Notes under the pieces: model-generated | What the model was told of the DNA's origin: nothing | The model's database searches: none | What the model saw: the letters and a program-made list of their open reading frames with translations, nothing else | Program-made: the position numbers and the translations under genes | Shown here: positions 51,001 to 64,000 of the stretch, piece by piece | Layout of the letters: each line of letters opens with the position of its first letter | Position numbering within the stretch: the first letter of the stretch is position 1 | Assembly (NCBI GenBank): GCA_030141605.1 | Contig: JAQGDQ010000131.1 | Location: 434,001 to 498,000 of the forward strand | Source: Tubiluchus corallicola | Lineage: Eukaryota > Animalia > Priapulida | Reading direction: 5' to 3' | Length of the DNA stretch: 64,000 nt

Positions 51001-53727
51001 CTGCAGTTTGCTGTACATTTTAGCTGTTTATTCTACCTAGTTCAAGAAGCCAAAGCCCGGTCACCTGGCAGGTATGTTTTGACTGTAATTAATAACTACT
51101 TACAGTACAGGTATAGCGTTAGTGGTATGACATTTTAATGTCATCTATGACATGTGAACAAATATCGGAAGGTATAGTTAGTTATAAAGCTCATTCCTTA
51201 TGTAGACTGGCAATCCTAATTTGCACTGAAACTAATATTAAGAAGTCTAGTATAGCTTTTGCACTAGGTGTAGACCTAGTTATAGTATCGCCCCGTTATT
51301 TGTATAAACAGTATTTTCAGCATGGACATGTACTGAACTATGATTGGATGTAGTCCTCCGCAATATAAACTGAGTATGGTTTTTGCTGCTTTCAGCATTT
51401 TACTACAACAGTAAAATGCAAAATGTAGAATTTAATTTTGAACATTTTTTGTGGGACAAAATCCTATTTATGAAAATATGCTATTAATTGATGTTAGGTG
51501 ACAAACTTAATCATTGATTCAGCTTACAGTATTTTTATTCTTTTTTGGACTTAGGGAGGAAGCTGTGATAGACTTAGAAGAAGATTTTAAGCCAGATCTG
51601 TTAAACAGTACGGTGTATATCATTTCCATGTTTCTACAAGTGTCTACCTTTGCTACTAACTATAAGGTAATGTTACGAAACATCTTTATTAACTTGTAGC
51701 TATTGTGTTTTTGTAGGGGGTTCCAGGAAATGTTTGCCTCGCTGTACAGAAAGAGCCAAAAAGAATAGATAAAAACTAACATCATAAATAGCATTTAATT
51801 TTGAGTGAAGAATGCTTAACTAAGTTGTCTTAATATCTAGCATCTTAGTATGTTAACAGCTAAGCCTGAAACACTGCAGGACAGAAATGAACGGGTATGA
51901 TTCACGTTGGTATCTCAATGGAAATGGTGTCACTACTGCTTTCTTTTTCTCACTTCGTTACTTTTTGATTTCCGACAATCAGTAGCGGAACGAACTTTAA
52001 AAAACAAACTAAAAAGAAATGATATAATGACTAAAATGTCAAATATATGTTTGCATCTACTTGTGTTTACTTTTATGTTAATTTGGCCATCATTTCTTGA
52101 CACCCTATACATAAGATTTGTTAATTTTTATTGTGCCAAGCTAATCATTTCCATCAACTTCAATGATTTTTTGCTGCCAGATGCACTTTCACTCTTTTAT
52201 TCACTGGTGAACTGTATTTCTGTGCATTTTAATTGCAACTTACTAGTGCTGCATTTTTCAGTTCGTTTGTTAAGTTTTTTGTATGCAGCTTGTTTCTCAT
52301 TCATATCATTTCTCATGTAAGCTGTAAAATTACTACCAAATAGTAATAAGTAGCTGTAGCAAGTCAATGCCAAAGTACCTGTGCATATAAGTACTTTGAG
52401 TGACGTGTTTGCGACCATTAGTACGACCATTGTGCTAGTAAAACAACTGATTTGTATTAAACGTGTCGGAATTTTTTTTACCTATTATTGCACTATACTC
52501 AGAGTGATTCTAAAATTCTACATCATGCTAAAAATTGTAAACACTAGCATTTCAAGAACCTGTGCTACATTTGAAGCAATAACAGATATTACTTTTATTG
52601 GCTGAGTTGCTAAATATTTTTATAAAAAATTATTAGAATTACATCTTAATAGAAATGCCAGTTGTAAATTTTTCATTGTTAATACAGTACATGTATATTG
52701 CAAGACATTTTTGTTTGGTCAACAACTCAGCTGCGTGTATTTTGCTATTTGCAGCTAAAATAATAATGTTATTGCTATTTTAGTGCGTAAGTCTTAAGTC
52801 TTCTAATTCTGTATAATGCTTTATACAGGGTCATCCTTTTATGGAAAGTCTTCTAGAAAATAAACCGCTACTGTACAGCTTGTTGTTTTCTGGTAGTGTC
52901 ATCGTCTCTTTAGCCGCAGGCCTGATGCCTGAGTTTTCCAAGTATTTTGAGATAGAAGAATTTCCAAATGATGTAAGTAATTTACTGGACTATATATGAT
53001 ATTGTAGACAATCTAAAGGTTTGTCACTCGATCACAGTGACAGTGTACATTTCGTTCATGCAGATCACACAAAAATGCCACTGTCCATGTAAAATAAGGA
53101 ACTACTGGCTACTCATAAGAAGAAGAATGTGAATATAGGCTCAAAGAACTAGAAGTTCTTGTAACTAATTTGCCAGGGACATGAGGTCTCAGTTGCCGTT
53201 CTTATTGAAGAGAGGTTTCATTAGCTACGAAATAATTTTTACGGGAAAAGAATCCCACAGACAGGAGGCACAGGGCATGAAGGAAACATCAGATTTAGAC
53301 TGCCTCACACCTAGGAATGACCTTGCAGCTTGTGCGTTTTTGTTACTTTTGTGCGATTTGCATCAAAATAGTGCTAAGCATCAACAGTTCATGTGGGTTT
53401 AAGTGAACCTATGAATACTAAATAATTGTGGGTCAATTTAAAAAACCCATCCTGCTTAAAATCCTGTCAAGTTTTCTCAGTGGTCACCCGTCCATTTACT
53501 AATCAAGCTAGCTTAACTGTCATAGCATGCCATGACCACTCAGTTATTTCTGTGTGCCTATTCAATCCTGTACATATTTGATGTAAAAGTTAAGTAAAAA
53601 ATGAAATTTTATTTTTCAGTTCAAATGGATTCTACTACAAGTGTTATTAGTCGACTTGGTTGTTGCATTTGTGATTGACAGAGCGTTGCAGTTCCTTTTT
53701 GGACGAGCCAAGTTACGACAAGAGTAA
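33261..53727 (+). CDS. ATP13A1: P5A-type ATPase / ER transmembrane helix dislocase ATP13A1 (Spf1 ortholog), 24 coding exons, ~1174 aa
   Basis: Exons 33261-33518, 34086-34175, 36650-36843, 38029-38257, 38747-38816, 39133-39239, 39743-39872, 40419-40601, 42350-42487, 42818-42938, 43380-43534, 44588-44763, 45010-45120, 45915-46040, 46415-46523, 47028-47137, 47343-47532, 48958-49163, 49744-49861, 50425-50621, 50929-51071, 51555-51666, 52829-52972 and 53620-53727 join in frame (3525 nt). Motifs [39 protein letters not shown] (P5A), [35 protein letters not shown] and [19 protein letters not shown]. Confidence 0.97.
33716..33773. repeat. Tandem 29-bp duplication
   Basis: GGCACTAATAACACTTTCAT(C/T)AGGGTTGC x2 with one mismatch. 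Confidence 0.85.
37430..37870 (-). mobile_element. Kolobok-like non-autonomous element fragment (copy 2)
   Basis: Ends GGGTCCGGTTTTCCT-TTAA and is an inverted homolog of 15773-16160. A near-identical terminus GGTCCGGTCTTCCT-TTAA occurs at 31882-31899. Confidence 0.65.
41884..42031. repeat. (TAT)n trinucleotide microsatellite
   Basis: Direct reading; it produces the spurious poly-Tyr/Leu ORFs. Confidence 0.97.
53470..53545 (-). mobile_element. 5S rRNA-derived SINE head fragment
   Basis: The minus strand reads AGTTAAGC...GATTAGTAAATGGACGGGTGACCACTGAGAA, similar to the 5S box A/IE/box C region (GAAGCTAAGCA...GGTTAGTACTTGGATGGGAGACC). Confidence 0.55.
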
Positions 53728-54752
53728 CGTCATGCACGCTTTTAGGAAATCTTATACAATTTTTAACTTTTAAAGATTTTTATTTATTTTGTCAACTATA
53801 TTACATGGTCAACATTTGTGCAATGGTTCAAAGAGATACTTATTTTTGTTTATGAACATTTGATTTATCATGCAAGGTACGAGACTGTATGTTTGCCCGT
53901 TCTTGTTGCTGTGTTGTCCAAGAAAAGAACTGTAACATGTAGAGCGGTGAAATAAATGTTATGCTGTAAATAAGCAATTCGTTCTATTTTGTTGTTATAA
54001 ATGATAATAATAAATGCATATTTCACATTAGAATAGAATTTGCCAATGTGTTTAAATATGTAGGCCCTTCTGTTAACACATTGTTTTTTGTACAAGTTTA
54101 TTAAATTTCTGCTAAGTGTGCAAAGATGCTGGTGTGTTTGGCAACTCTGACTCGAATCAATGGCAACAACTGTTTATGTTTTACTTCACTTATGAAGAGG
54201 CTGTGTAGTGTCATACACCTGCAATTTATAATTAATCTGCTCTAACCTATTGTGGTTTTTAAAGCTAATTAGAATAATTATGACACTCGCATAATAACTT
54301 GAACAATGGGCTTAACAAAATTAAATAATTGATTTTGTTAAGTCAACAAAAGTCAGTCTTCAACAAATAGTGCAGCAATATATCACTGAAATTTCATTTT
54401 TTATTATACAGCTTTTAAGCTGTTTAAAATGTTTACAATAATGCTGTATGTACATTTTCGACAACAAAAAAGCATCTTTATTAGTGTGACTTGCATCTCC
54501 AATTTTTTGTACATTGCACTGACAGAATTTTCTTACAATAATCCAAACCATATTCTTTGCGCAATTAGATTTTGCAAAGATAAACAAAGACATTAATGGG
54601 CACTTCATATTCAAAATCGTTTCCAAATTTAACATCTTTTCAGTTGAATTTGCATGTCTAAGACAAGCAGTGTTCATCATGTTGAGTGTGCCTTAATTAT
54701 TACCCTGTTACAACCCAAGAATATTAAACTATGCAAAATAATGACATTCAGC

Positions 54753-57700
54753 TTAGAACTCTGACAAGAAACTTTTGTCGATGCTCTTATAAACCTTTAA
54801 CTCTCTTCCCAACCTAAACGAAAAACAAGAGTATAATCACGAGATATTATTGTTTACATGTTATTCATTAGGCCTGTGTAGGTGTGTACTTAACATGCTG
54901 ACACAAGTTAATGCAATCAATGAACAGAAGATGGTTAAGTAATCCAATGAGACCGCCAGTTAACATGTTAAATTGAAACAGTAAATGTAAGAAAATAGTT
55001 TTTCTTTATAAAAGCAAATCTGCCAACTCTCATGCTTTAGGTGCGTGTCACAAGCATTCAGTTGTCAAGCATTTCACACACAAGTTTGCAAGTCACCTGG
55101 TTTTCTTTGCTGTCAGCAGCAATTGTGACACTAGTAGCACTACTGTCAATAATACAATAGTGTTCATACGTTTCACGACATATATTATACTAAGGTATTA
55201 AAATTAAAAATTAAGCATAAATGTACAATCTAGCCTCGTTATCTCGCCCCTCGTTATGCCGCCAAACTCGTCTCTCACCATAGAAAGTACCAGGACGGAT
55301 TTTCTGCTTTGATATTTACCTCGTTAAGTCACCACCCTCGCTTCTCGCCCTCATCACGTCATGCTAGGATGAGTGCTTATGTAAACTATATTCGTTATGT
55401 CGCCAAACAGACAAACTCAGAGGTGAATCGATCAATACATATACCGCGTGTCGATCGATATAACCGCAGTATGCAGACAATGCTGCTGTACTCGATAGAC
55501 AGACATAATTAATCTAGTGTGTGTCTCACCAGGATTAGATTAGGAGTGCTGTGGTTGGTTAATGCACAGAGAAACTAAAGCGTCACCGATATCCTTACTC
55601 TATAACACCAAAGCTGCGTTTAAGTTTGAGTTTCCACAAAGTGTGAGCAACTTTACATGATGTCTCTGAAGCGAAAAATGTTTTGTCTTAATCCTGAACA
55701 AAAAAAGGAAATTTGTATTTATCATACGAATAATTCTTCAAAGACACAGCAGGAAATTGCTACTGTATTTAGTGCGAAATTTGGTGACACTGTTAGCCGG
55801 AGAAGTGTAGGACATATAATAGCGAGTAAAGAAAAATGGATGCAAAGTCATGGTCACAGTGGCTCAACGAAATTGTGACATGGACAGCATTCCAATCTGA
55901 ATTATTTCAGTCGTCAGTAACTCATTTGTGAACATTTCTAAATCTTTCGCTAAGTTTATTGCATTTAAGTGTATACTCGAAAAAGGTTTTTTAAATAAAA
56001 AAGTAACATTTTAAGATTATTTTTATGACATTTTTTCATTTCTGATTTAATGTTGATTGGTATCATAATGCGAAATATATTTTATATGTACATAGAGGAA
56101 CACTATGTTAATCAACTATTATGTATATACATATAGACTAACTTCGTTATATTCCCGTTATCTCGCCATACTCGCCTCTCGCCAAAAATTTGCCCTAGAC
56201 GGACAGTGGCGAGATAACGAGGCTAGACTGTATATATAAAGCATAACGAACTGTAATAAATGCATAAGAATGCTCAGCAGTATACAAAAATAGATTTAGT
56301 TTTTTTATTTTCCTTTAACTTTTTCTGCAGCCAACCTCAACATTATGAAATTTGCTGGGCCTAATGGCATGAATTAACTATTGCAGGTTTCACTAGAAAT
56401 GAACTGCATAAAATGCTTTTATATTTGCTACCTAATTCAAAATTGTAGATACAGTTATACCTCCGTTGTTTCGACCAGAAAATTTGAGCTGAAATTGTCT
56501 CCGCTCTCGACCAAAATTTTGGTACTCGACCAACCGCCAAACACGTGATGAACATATGCACAGCGAGGAGTAGAGCCGAGCGTAACCGACAGCAACCGAG
56601 AGTAGTCACGCACGTGTTTCCGATCTTGCCTACGTATGCCATCACACCGTTACCAACACGTAAGGTTTTCATGCAGGAATAATTATGTTTTTCTTATCTA
56701 TTATATCATATCTACTGTTTGAATAAACATTTTTGCATTATTATATTTCGTTTTAGTAATACTTTACAGTTCATTTGGTGCTTCAGAACAGATTATTTGC
56801 TTTTACGTTATTTCTTATGGGAATAAATGATTCGGTACTCGACCAAATCGGTTTTCAAACGCTTTTTAGGAACGAATTATGGTCAAAAACAGAGGTATGA
56901 CTGTATATACAGTAATTATTGTTTTGTATATATTTCCATTGTTACTCATTATCTATATCTTTGAATTGTGTATTGCATTATTTTGCAAAATAAATGACAT
57001 ATAGCTGATTAAATCAAAAACTTTTTAATTATTGATACAAACGAATTCTGTTTTAATACTAGACTAGGCTAGTTTTTGGCTTTGCTTACTGTATTTTTAG
57101 CATAAAACAGATCTCATTGCACTTTTCACTCTTATGGTAGATATCAAGCAGTAACTGTTTGTTAGATGACGGTGCACAAAATAAATATTCATATATCTGC
57201 TATCAGTATATTAACCAAGCAAATCACATTAATTTGCATAAAACGACTACTTTATTGTCAAAGAGCGAAAAATGCAAGGTGATATCTCATGAAATGACTT
57301 GTAAAATGTTATGCACAGATTACCTCTGAAAACCTTGCTGAATCTCGTCAATGCGAGTCGGGTTGACGCACACTGCACATTTGGACTTGCCTGGGTCAAA
57401 CAGGGCCGCCATGTGCTCATTGCCAATGCGAGTCAGATCAGCTTCCGTGACTTTAGTTATGCTGTCCATAAACTCTCTAAAATAACATTCAAAGCAACTG
57501 AGTAGCTAAGTGGTCAAATCAGCACATGAAGTCAAGCACCTCTGAACCCGATTAGTAAATGGATGGGTAACAGCCACAAAAGCTTCAAAGTGTTTCATAT
57601 ATTGCGGTGAACATACATCAAAAAGTGACAAAGACACAGCCACCGGTTCAGCATCTCATTTTAAAGACTATTTGTTGATATTCAAGTAGCTTTAAGTGAT

Positions 57701-60700
57701 GTCATCACAACCACCATAATAACATAAGTCCTGCTGTTAGAGTGTTGAAAATGAACTTGCAGTGTGACTATAACAAACATTGTGTTCAAGATACATAATG
57801 CAGTTTATTAAATTGCATACAGAATATTTCATTTAAATTCGAGTTGTACAAAATTAAATCCTTCACTAATTAGAATAAAGAACCCCAAAAAACTAATTCC
57901 ATGTAGCTGTAATCAATAAATTAGCACTTGATTGTTGTTTAGGTAACTTTTTGATTGTTGATCTTAATAAAACCTTACTGGCACTCAGACACATCCTCTA
58001 AATCTACAATGAACTGATGCACATTGTGTATCATCTACTAGAGCACTTGTAGAACATCTTGTAGAACACTCACTGTCGAAAACTGTTCCTGATAATACAA
58101 TCAGGAAAGTATTTAGGCACCAGCTAAGCAAAAAATTTCAGCAACACAATTAAGTGAAGTCCACTAAAATACTAAACTGAAATAAACCATTACAATGTCA
58201 AGGAATTGAAATAATGAATATAATAGTTGATAATTAGCCCTTTTCTGTTTATCACTGTAATCAATTTTATACTAAAGACTTCTATGCGAAACAAGCTGGT
58301 ATATATAGTTTAAGAGAATACACTACCCGATAGTACCTGTTGCAGTCATTATCTACCTCAAATTGCTTTAGTCATTATTAAGCGACTATAGGCCTCACTG
58401 TTAAATACATTAGCTCTTTTATCTGGACCTAAATGCATCTCCGATACAACATGCCTTTTGCTTATCCTTTGTTGTGAATTCTATACCTCTTAAACTTTTT
58501 GTCTGTGTCAAAGTAGAATGCCAGTAGTGATTGTTCGGACGCCAATGTAACCGTCTTTTCCTCATCAATCAATTCAAATAAAAGACTGCTTTTACAAGAT
58601 TCAAGCTGGACAGGATCCCAGCCTGCTTTTCCTGATATATGGTCATCCTAAAATAATAAAGCACATAAATATTTAACATTGTACTTGCACTTTACAATAA
58701 AAAAATACAAATTATCTTGTAAAATATATTAGTAGTATCATGAATATCTCACAGATGGCACCAAATTCCTACAAAAAATGCTAATTAGTGTCCTTTATAA
58801 ATGACTTCTACGGATTCTCATCATGAAAATAATAATAATCATACTAGAACACCACTTTAATATTTCATGCACAGTTTTTCAGTTTCTAGCATTATTTACA
58901 CTATATGAACTATTACGCTTTCTATAAATTATCGTGAATAATGCAAGTTGGTAATTTTTCGGGAACAATATATACACTTTTTAAGCAAAATGGAGAAGCA
59001 TAAATGCAACATTTTAGATAAATGAAAGCACAGACAAGGAACAGTTTTGACAGTTAACTCTGTCATTAACAACCTAGAAATTTATTATTGCACAGAACAT
59101 CTTAATATTCAAATAACATACGATCAACAGTAACAGCTACTTACAACAATGGCTTTAGCTCGTTTGTATGCACTGACTATATGTGATGATTTACACAACA
59201 TAAACTGCAGTAGTCCAACTGGTGGTCGTACTTTTATACTGAAAGAAGAATTTAGAATTGTAGAACCATTTTTAAAAAATTGAACAATTCATTTGTGTTT
59301 CACCAGAATTTTTACACCCATAATACATGTTTAAAACTCTTATACTTTATGCATGTTTGGAATAGAAATTGACAGAATGAAAATCTTAAAAATAAACTTA
59401 CAAATATTATTTTCTGTACACATTTTCAGCATTTTTTTATATTTAACCAGCTACTACCATTTTACATATTCACTTACTATATATGTTTGCTAGCTTGGAA
59501 ATCGCTTCAAAAAGAGTTTAAATGAAGAATAATTAAAATGACTTTACCAGCACAAGAAAATCTACTCTATTTTATTTATCACCGAAAGCTGAATAAAAAG
59601 ACTATCAGGACACAAGATGCTGAAAGGGCCAACAACAAAATGCTGTTGTCGTAACTTGCATCCTAGTGCTACTTAAAGTAATGTCAATCAGAAAAATGAG
59701 GTCACATAATACCGTACGTGTAATGGTATGACAAGCCGTGACCGCGTATTTGTCTCCACATTGGACCCTAAAATAGCAAACATTTGACAAATCATGAATA
59801 ATCATTAGAAATAATCATAAACAATCTAGGTCATTCAAATTGAATTTTGAAAAATATAAATTTATTTCACCTTAAAATTCATAATATAGACAAAATTGCA
59901 GATGTCGAGTTTTTTATTAGAATGGCTGTAGCTTGTGGTTAGCAGTCAAAGTTAGCAGTGTCAAGGTTAGCCGATAAATGGATAACCTAATTTCAACAGT
60001 GTCCCGCCATATGTCTAGCATGTTAGTCCACTTACTTCTAACTGTGTTAGGTACTGTATGAACACCATGATGGCAGGCAGGTCAGGGTGTCTGTGTGAAG
60101 TAATGCACTTAACAGTTTGTGATAAGAAAGCCGACTCTAATGCGCCAACGCCTATGATGACACCAGTTGCCAGTCCTTCATCAGGTGAATTGAGTAAATC
60201 TGAGCACTTCTTAACAGGAGACAATCTAGAAGAATGAAAAATTCTCTTCAATGTCTTCACTTTAGCTAGCCATAACTCAATGATAAATTTTTACATAAAG
60301 AACTGTGACAAGACAGAATTAATTCGTGTCACCCTACAACTGATCTAAATGATTGCACCTTACTATATGTTCGTAAGTGTGAGCTGATAACATCAATTGG
60401 GAGAACATTCGGGCTATAAACAGAAGGTACTGGGTTTAAATCCGGATCAAGCTGACTCACAATTTTTCAGATTAATCAGTGGTTTGATAAAAACTGTTAG
60501 GTTTGTTATTTCTGGTTTATCAAAGTTCATTATCTAAAAAGAAATGTTTTTTATAATTAGTTACAAAAGCAGATACACTACAAAATAGATGCAAGGATGC
60601 GTGAACTTCTCAAATCGCATACAACCACATAGTTACTACAGTTGGCACCATATAAGGAACAATGTTTCTGTTTCAAGTGCAAAGAAAACGTTTAAATAAA

Positions 60701-63700
60701 ACAGTGCTGCTAAAAGATTTGTTATTTTGAATAAACTAAGAGCATTAGCACAGGCAATTGCTTATTTACAGGATAAAATCTAGGTATAATATTATCGCCA
60801 TAACTATGTAGCCACGCATCATTTAACATCTGACGAAAAATTTGATATCTCAAGGTATTGCTTAAAAAGCTGATAGCTCTCATGAGGTAAGTAAATAATT
60901 TATAAATCTTAAAAGAAATGCAATTTTATTATCAGATTTTGGAAGTAGTAATTCTCTTTAAAAGTTACTACGTTTTGGATGCTTTTTCAAATCTAAAAAA
61001 ATTCGAATGCCAGGCTTTGCATCTCCTTAAAATACAAAGTAGTCCCTAATGTCTTAGAAAATACTGAATGCTTAATTTTGCTCTGGTAAAAGCTGTTTAG
61101 AAGATTACTACTTACTTCCTAATTGTGCACTTGATATTGTCTGGAAGAAATTCGTTTTTCCATATTGATACGGGGTCAGGATGAACATCAGCCAACCGTG
61201 CTACGTTAGCTGTCATGTGAACAGTGACATTCTCCGGCTGAGTAATATGAGAAATCAGCTTCTCGAACTTGCCTACAATCTGTCAAAATGTTAAATGCTT
61301 GATAATTTAATAATACTTGATAAACAAATTTGCGAATGGGGAAGCGAAGCTTAATGAAAAAAGCAAATGAGAGTACCAGGACACACAGAGAGACATCTTT
61401 CACTATCTTTAGGTTCCAAAGTCTTCTACTACAACCAGTGATTTTATTTGGTTATAGATGCTGAAACATAAAGGCAAATTAAGATGTACATAAAAATGTC
61501 TCTTTAGTGTGGATGCTCTTCATCACTTTTCAGATCATATTTGATAAATGTCAAAAAACAAATTTCGAAGCTGTTGATTATTGTAACCTCTTAAAAGTCA
61601 AGTAATAATCAGTAATTTTATCAAATGCAATAATTGCTTTAAGGTAATAAACATACATGCTAAGAGCCTTAAAGAACTTATTACTTCTGCCATTCAACTA
61701 CCACAGATTTGCACCACATGCCACTGCATGCTGCTTAGAAAAGTCCTGAAAATACCGCACAAAAATTTGCTATTGGACAATGAGACTCCTACATTGTCCT
61801 ATAACTAAGGTTTGAACACAGCTGATTTAACTCTACTTCTAGAATTTTAATGACTGGCTGTTAGAGCAATGCTGACTGAGTGAATCAGCATGTAGTAAAA
61901 TTTTGTTACTTTCTGAGTCTTCTACACACATTAGTAACGCTCGGTATTACTATAAAAACAAATTACAGTGGGTGCCAATTATTAGACTCGCAGTTAATAG
62001 AATCAGTCGCCTAACTGACTCAAAAATATCTGGTAAGGGACACTCCTACACTCCTACTCAAATGTATATAAAAACTATCGGCAATTAAAACTAAAATAAC
62101 TCTGCATAATTGACTCAATATTTTTGCTTCACATACTTAAAATAACACACTTGCATGTGACCAGAGAGCTTTTTACCTTTATGCAACCTGTAAAGCTATA
62201 TTTCGTTTTGTACATTATAATGGACTTAGAACTTTAGAAGCAATTGGGTTAAGTACGTTTAAGAAAGTTTTACATGAGCTGATATTCTAGCAATTTATAG
62301 AAGCTAAACTTTTAATTACGATCTTAGCGATTTCTTGTTGAAACTTTTGCTGCTTTTCACAGAACTCTTAAATCAATCAATTATTATGTGACCGATGCAG
62401 TGACAATAACCTGTTAGTGTTCTTTGTGACTTTACAAGCGTAGAGTTAATTTTGAAAAATACAATATAAGCATGAAGACCTAACATTTACAGTGCAGCTG
62501 AAGAGTGATGACTCTTCTATCTTAGTAATACTACACCCATCAGCTAATAGGTTTGGTCGGTTAATTGGGTCAAAACCCTTCCATCCCAATGTGATTCTAC
62601 AGTAATACAAAGTATGTGCAATGATTGCTCATTCATCAAATACAATTATAGAATATACAAAAGGACACCTTCTTTTCATTCAGTTCTAGCTCTTCCAACA
62701 TGAGGCTTAAAAACTTGTGCTGGCGCATCATACCGCTAATGTACCGGTTACTCTCTACAAAATAAATAAACCAAATTCACATACAAATAACAATTATTAG
62801 CAAAATTTAGAATTTACACAATGGCACTAATTGGGAGCATTAGAACGTCTTGCATACAAGAAGATGTGCCAATTTCATTATCTAATCTCAAGACACTGAA
62901 CAAAAATTTGGTTGCAAGCTGAAGAATTTACAACAAATTTCGTGAACTGTTGCATACGGATTTACTAGTAATGTTTGTAGTAATAAATTTCTTTGTTTTT
63001 CAGTAATTTTATTGTGATCCTGAAGATTGGAGAAATCCAGAAATATTGATAAAAAGTCAGCAAGGAGTTTTTAACATCAAAACTTCGTTGTTTGATTATT
63101 TTTGGCTCGAAGAAGCAAATAACAGTAAAATTGAGAATATTTTATTTCATATTTATACTAATCAGCACTCACAAATGAGGCATAAGCTATGCTACAAATT
63201 TTGTAAAGTAATTTGTCAGTTGCACAATACCATGTGTTATAAAATGGGTCTTTTTTGGAAAAAATGTCACACAAGACAATTTAACTTGCAAAAATTTGAT
63301 CTGGTAACAAAAGAAACGAACCTACATTCTTGAAAAAATCTGCATCTCAACAGATTATATTTGTTCAATTTAAACACTCACCTTTACAAAAATTTAAGTC
63401 TTTTACAGCAGATTGGCATATTTTCTGTCCGCTACGCTTCATTCGTGACACATCGCTCACCATTTTGCCAGCTATAATACGTATGCGCTCGGCAGTAAAG
63501 ATGACATCATATAACAATGCTCTTGCCCATTTCACACCTTTCTTGTATTTTTCATGTTCCACCTGTAAAACATAACCTAGGGATGCACAAAAGTAATAAA
63601 CACAACTTTCTACAATGATTTCATTTATTAGTCTTACAAAATGTAATTTACAAGTTTTCATTTCCAGTATTAATTTATAAACATTATCAAGTTAAAAAAA

Positions 63701-64000
63701 GGCCAAAAACTCTTTACAGTGCATTCAGACTAGCAAGTTTTCTCGCCAACTAAACTGATCAAACATGAATCACATTATACAGTTTGAAATCTTTCTCATT
63801 CGCTCATTTGTGGGAAATGTACAGTCCTGCAAAACACAAATGTACACATTTCTTTTCTTCTACCCTCTAGGTGTGCTAGGTATTTTGTTCAAATTCCTTA
63901 CTCACCTTTAATGTCACAGCAATTAATTCAGAAACATGTCCACACTTGAACCTCTTTCCTCCTATGCCTATCTCGGTATCAAAGTCCAAAGTGTCATCGC
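54753..64000 (-). CDS. M16-family (insulinase-like) zinc metallopeptidase, C. elegans C05D11.1 / yeast Sdd3-like; 3' portion only
   Basis: Exons >64000-63906, 63562-63382, 62754-62669, 61279-61116, 60225-60036, 59767-59718, 59238-59145, 58647-58487, 57476-57324 and 54813-54753 join in frame. Motifs [58 protein letters not shown] (M16C-type WxxIRxxG), LESCKSSLLFELIDEEK and the C-terminus LGRELKVYKSIDKSFLSEF*. The N-terminal HxxEH would lie outside the window. Confidence 0.85.
55226..56230 (+). mobile_element. Tigger/pogo internally deleted DNA transposon retaining the CENP-B-type HTH ORF
   Basis: TIRs CA(A/G)TCTAGCCTCGTTATCTCGCC (22/23) with TA on both sides. ORF 55657-55878 (MSLKRKMFCLNPEQKKEICIY...TQQEIA..F...VSRRSVGHII..KEKW) resembles a pogo/Tigger N-terminal HTH. 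Confidence 0.9.
56452..56903. mobile_element. Tc1/mariner-superfamily (pogo-like) MITE
   Basis: TA-flanked imperfect TIRs CAGTTATACCTCCGTTGTTTCGACC / GGTCAAAAACAGAGGTATGACTG, with internal CTCGACCAA subrepeats. Confidence 0.8.
57500..57590 (+). mobile_element. tRNA-like A box plus 5S rRNA-derived SINE head fragment
   Basis: TAGCTAAGTGGTCAA (A-box like) followed by GAAGTCAAGCAC...CCCGATTAGTAAATGGATGGGTAACAGCC (5S internal promoter-like). Related to the minus-strand copy at 53470-53545. Confidence 0.55.
60380..60455 (+). mobile_element. Degenerate tRNA-derived SINE head
   Basis: A-box-like TAACATCAATTGGGAGAACA and B-box-like GGGTTTAAATCC with tRNA-like spacing. A similar head lies at ~50270-50330 (GGGTTCAAATCC). 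No intact cloverleaf. Confidence 0.4.
61925..62118 (+). repeat. Second copy of the repeat found 5' of the caspase
   Basis: Shares GTATATAAAAACT(A/G)TCGGCAATT and CTC(T/C)GCATAATT, plus flanking similarity, with 11775-11990. Confidence 0.6.

Noticed and set aside
33520-53600. Intronic C/D-box snoRNAs (ATGATGA occurrences, e.g. 34553 and 48143)
   Set aside because: No suitably spaced CTGA box D with a terminal stem was found by eye; a snoscan or Infernal run would be needed.

Overview
AT-rich, intron-rich invertebrate animal genomic DNA, not prokaryotic; most ORF-track entries are exon read-throughs or microsatellite artefacts. Five spliced genes were assembled by hand from splice sites and reading frame: (1) a minus-strand caspase with a single N-terminal DED and intact SHG/QACRG catalytic motifs (5599-11730, ~387 aa); (2) MED27 (+, 15446-22502, 311 aa); (3) TFIIB/GTF2B (-, 24126-30907, ~311 aa, last intron GC-AG); (4) the P5A-ATPase ATP13A1 (+, 33261-53727, 24 coding exons, ~1174 aa); (5) the 3' part of a C05D11.1/Sdd3-like M16 metallopeptidase (-, 54753 to beyond 64000). 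Introns and intergenic DNA hold many transposon relics: Gypsy gag, Merlin with foldback-like arms, Sola, a Ginger-type MITE, Tigger/pogo, mariner, Kolobok-like, Harbinger, L2 and SINE heads. The most unusual structure is the E-box-rich divergent promoter region at the TFIIB 5' end, bracketed by a perfect 33-bp inverted repeat. Next are the single-DED caspase and its candidate stop-containing cassette exon. All family assignments are from recalled motifs; no database search was run.
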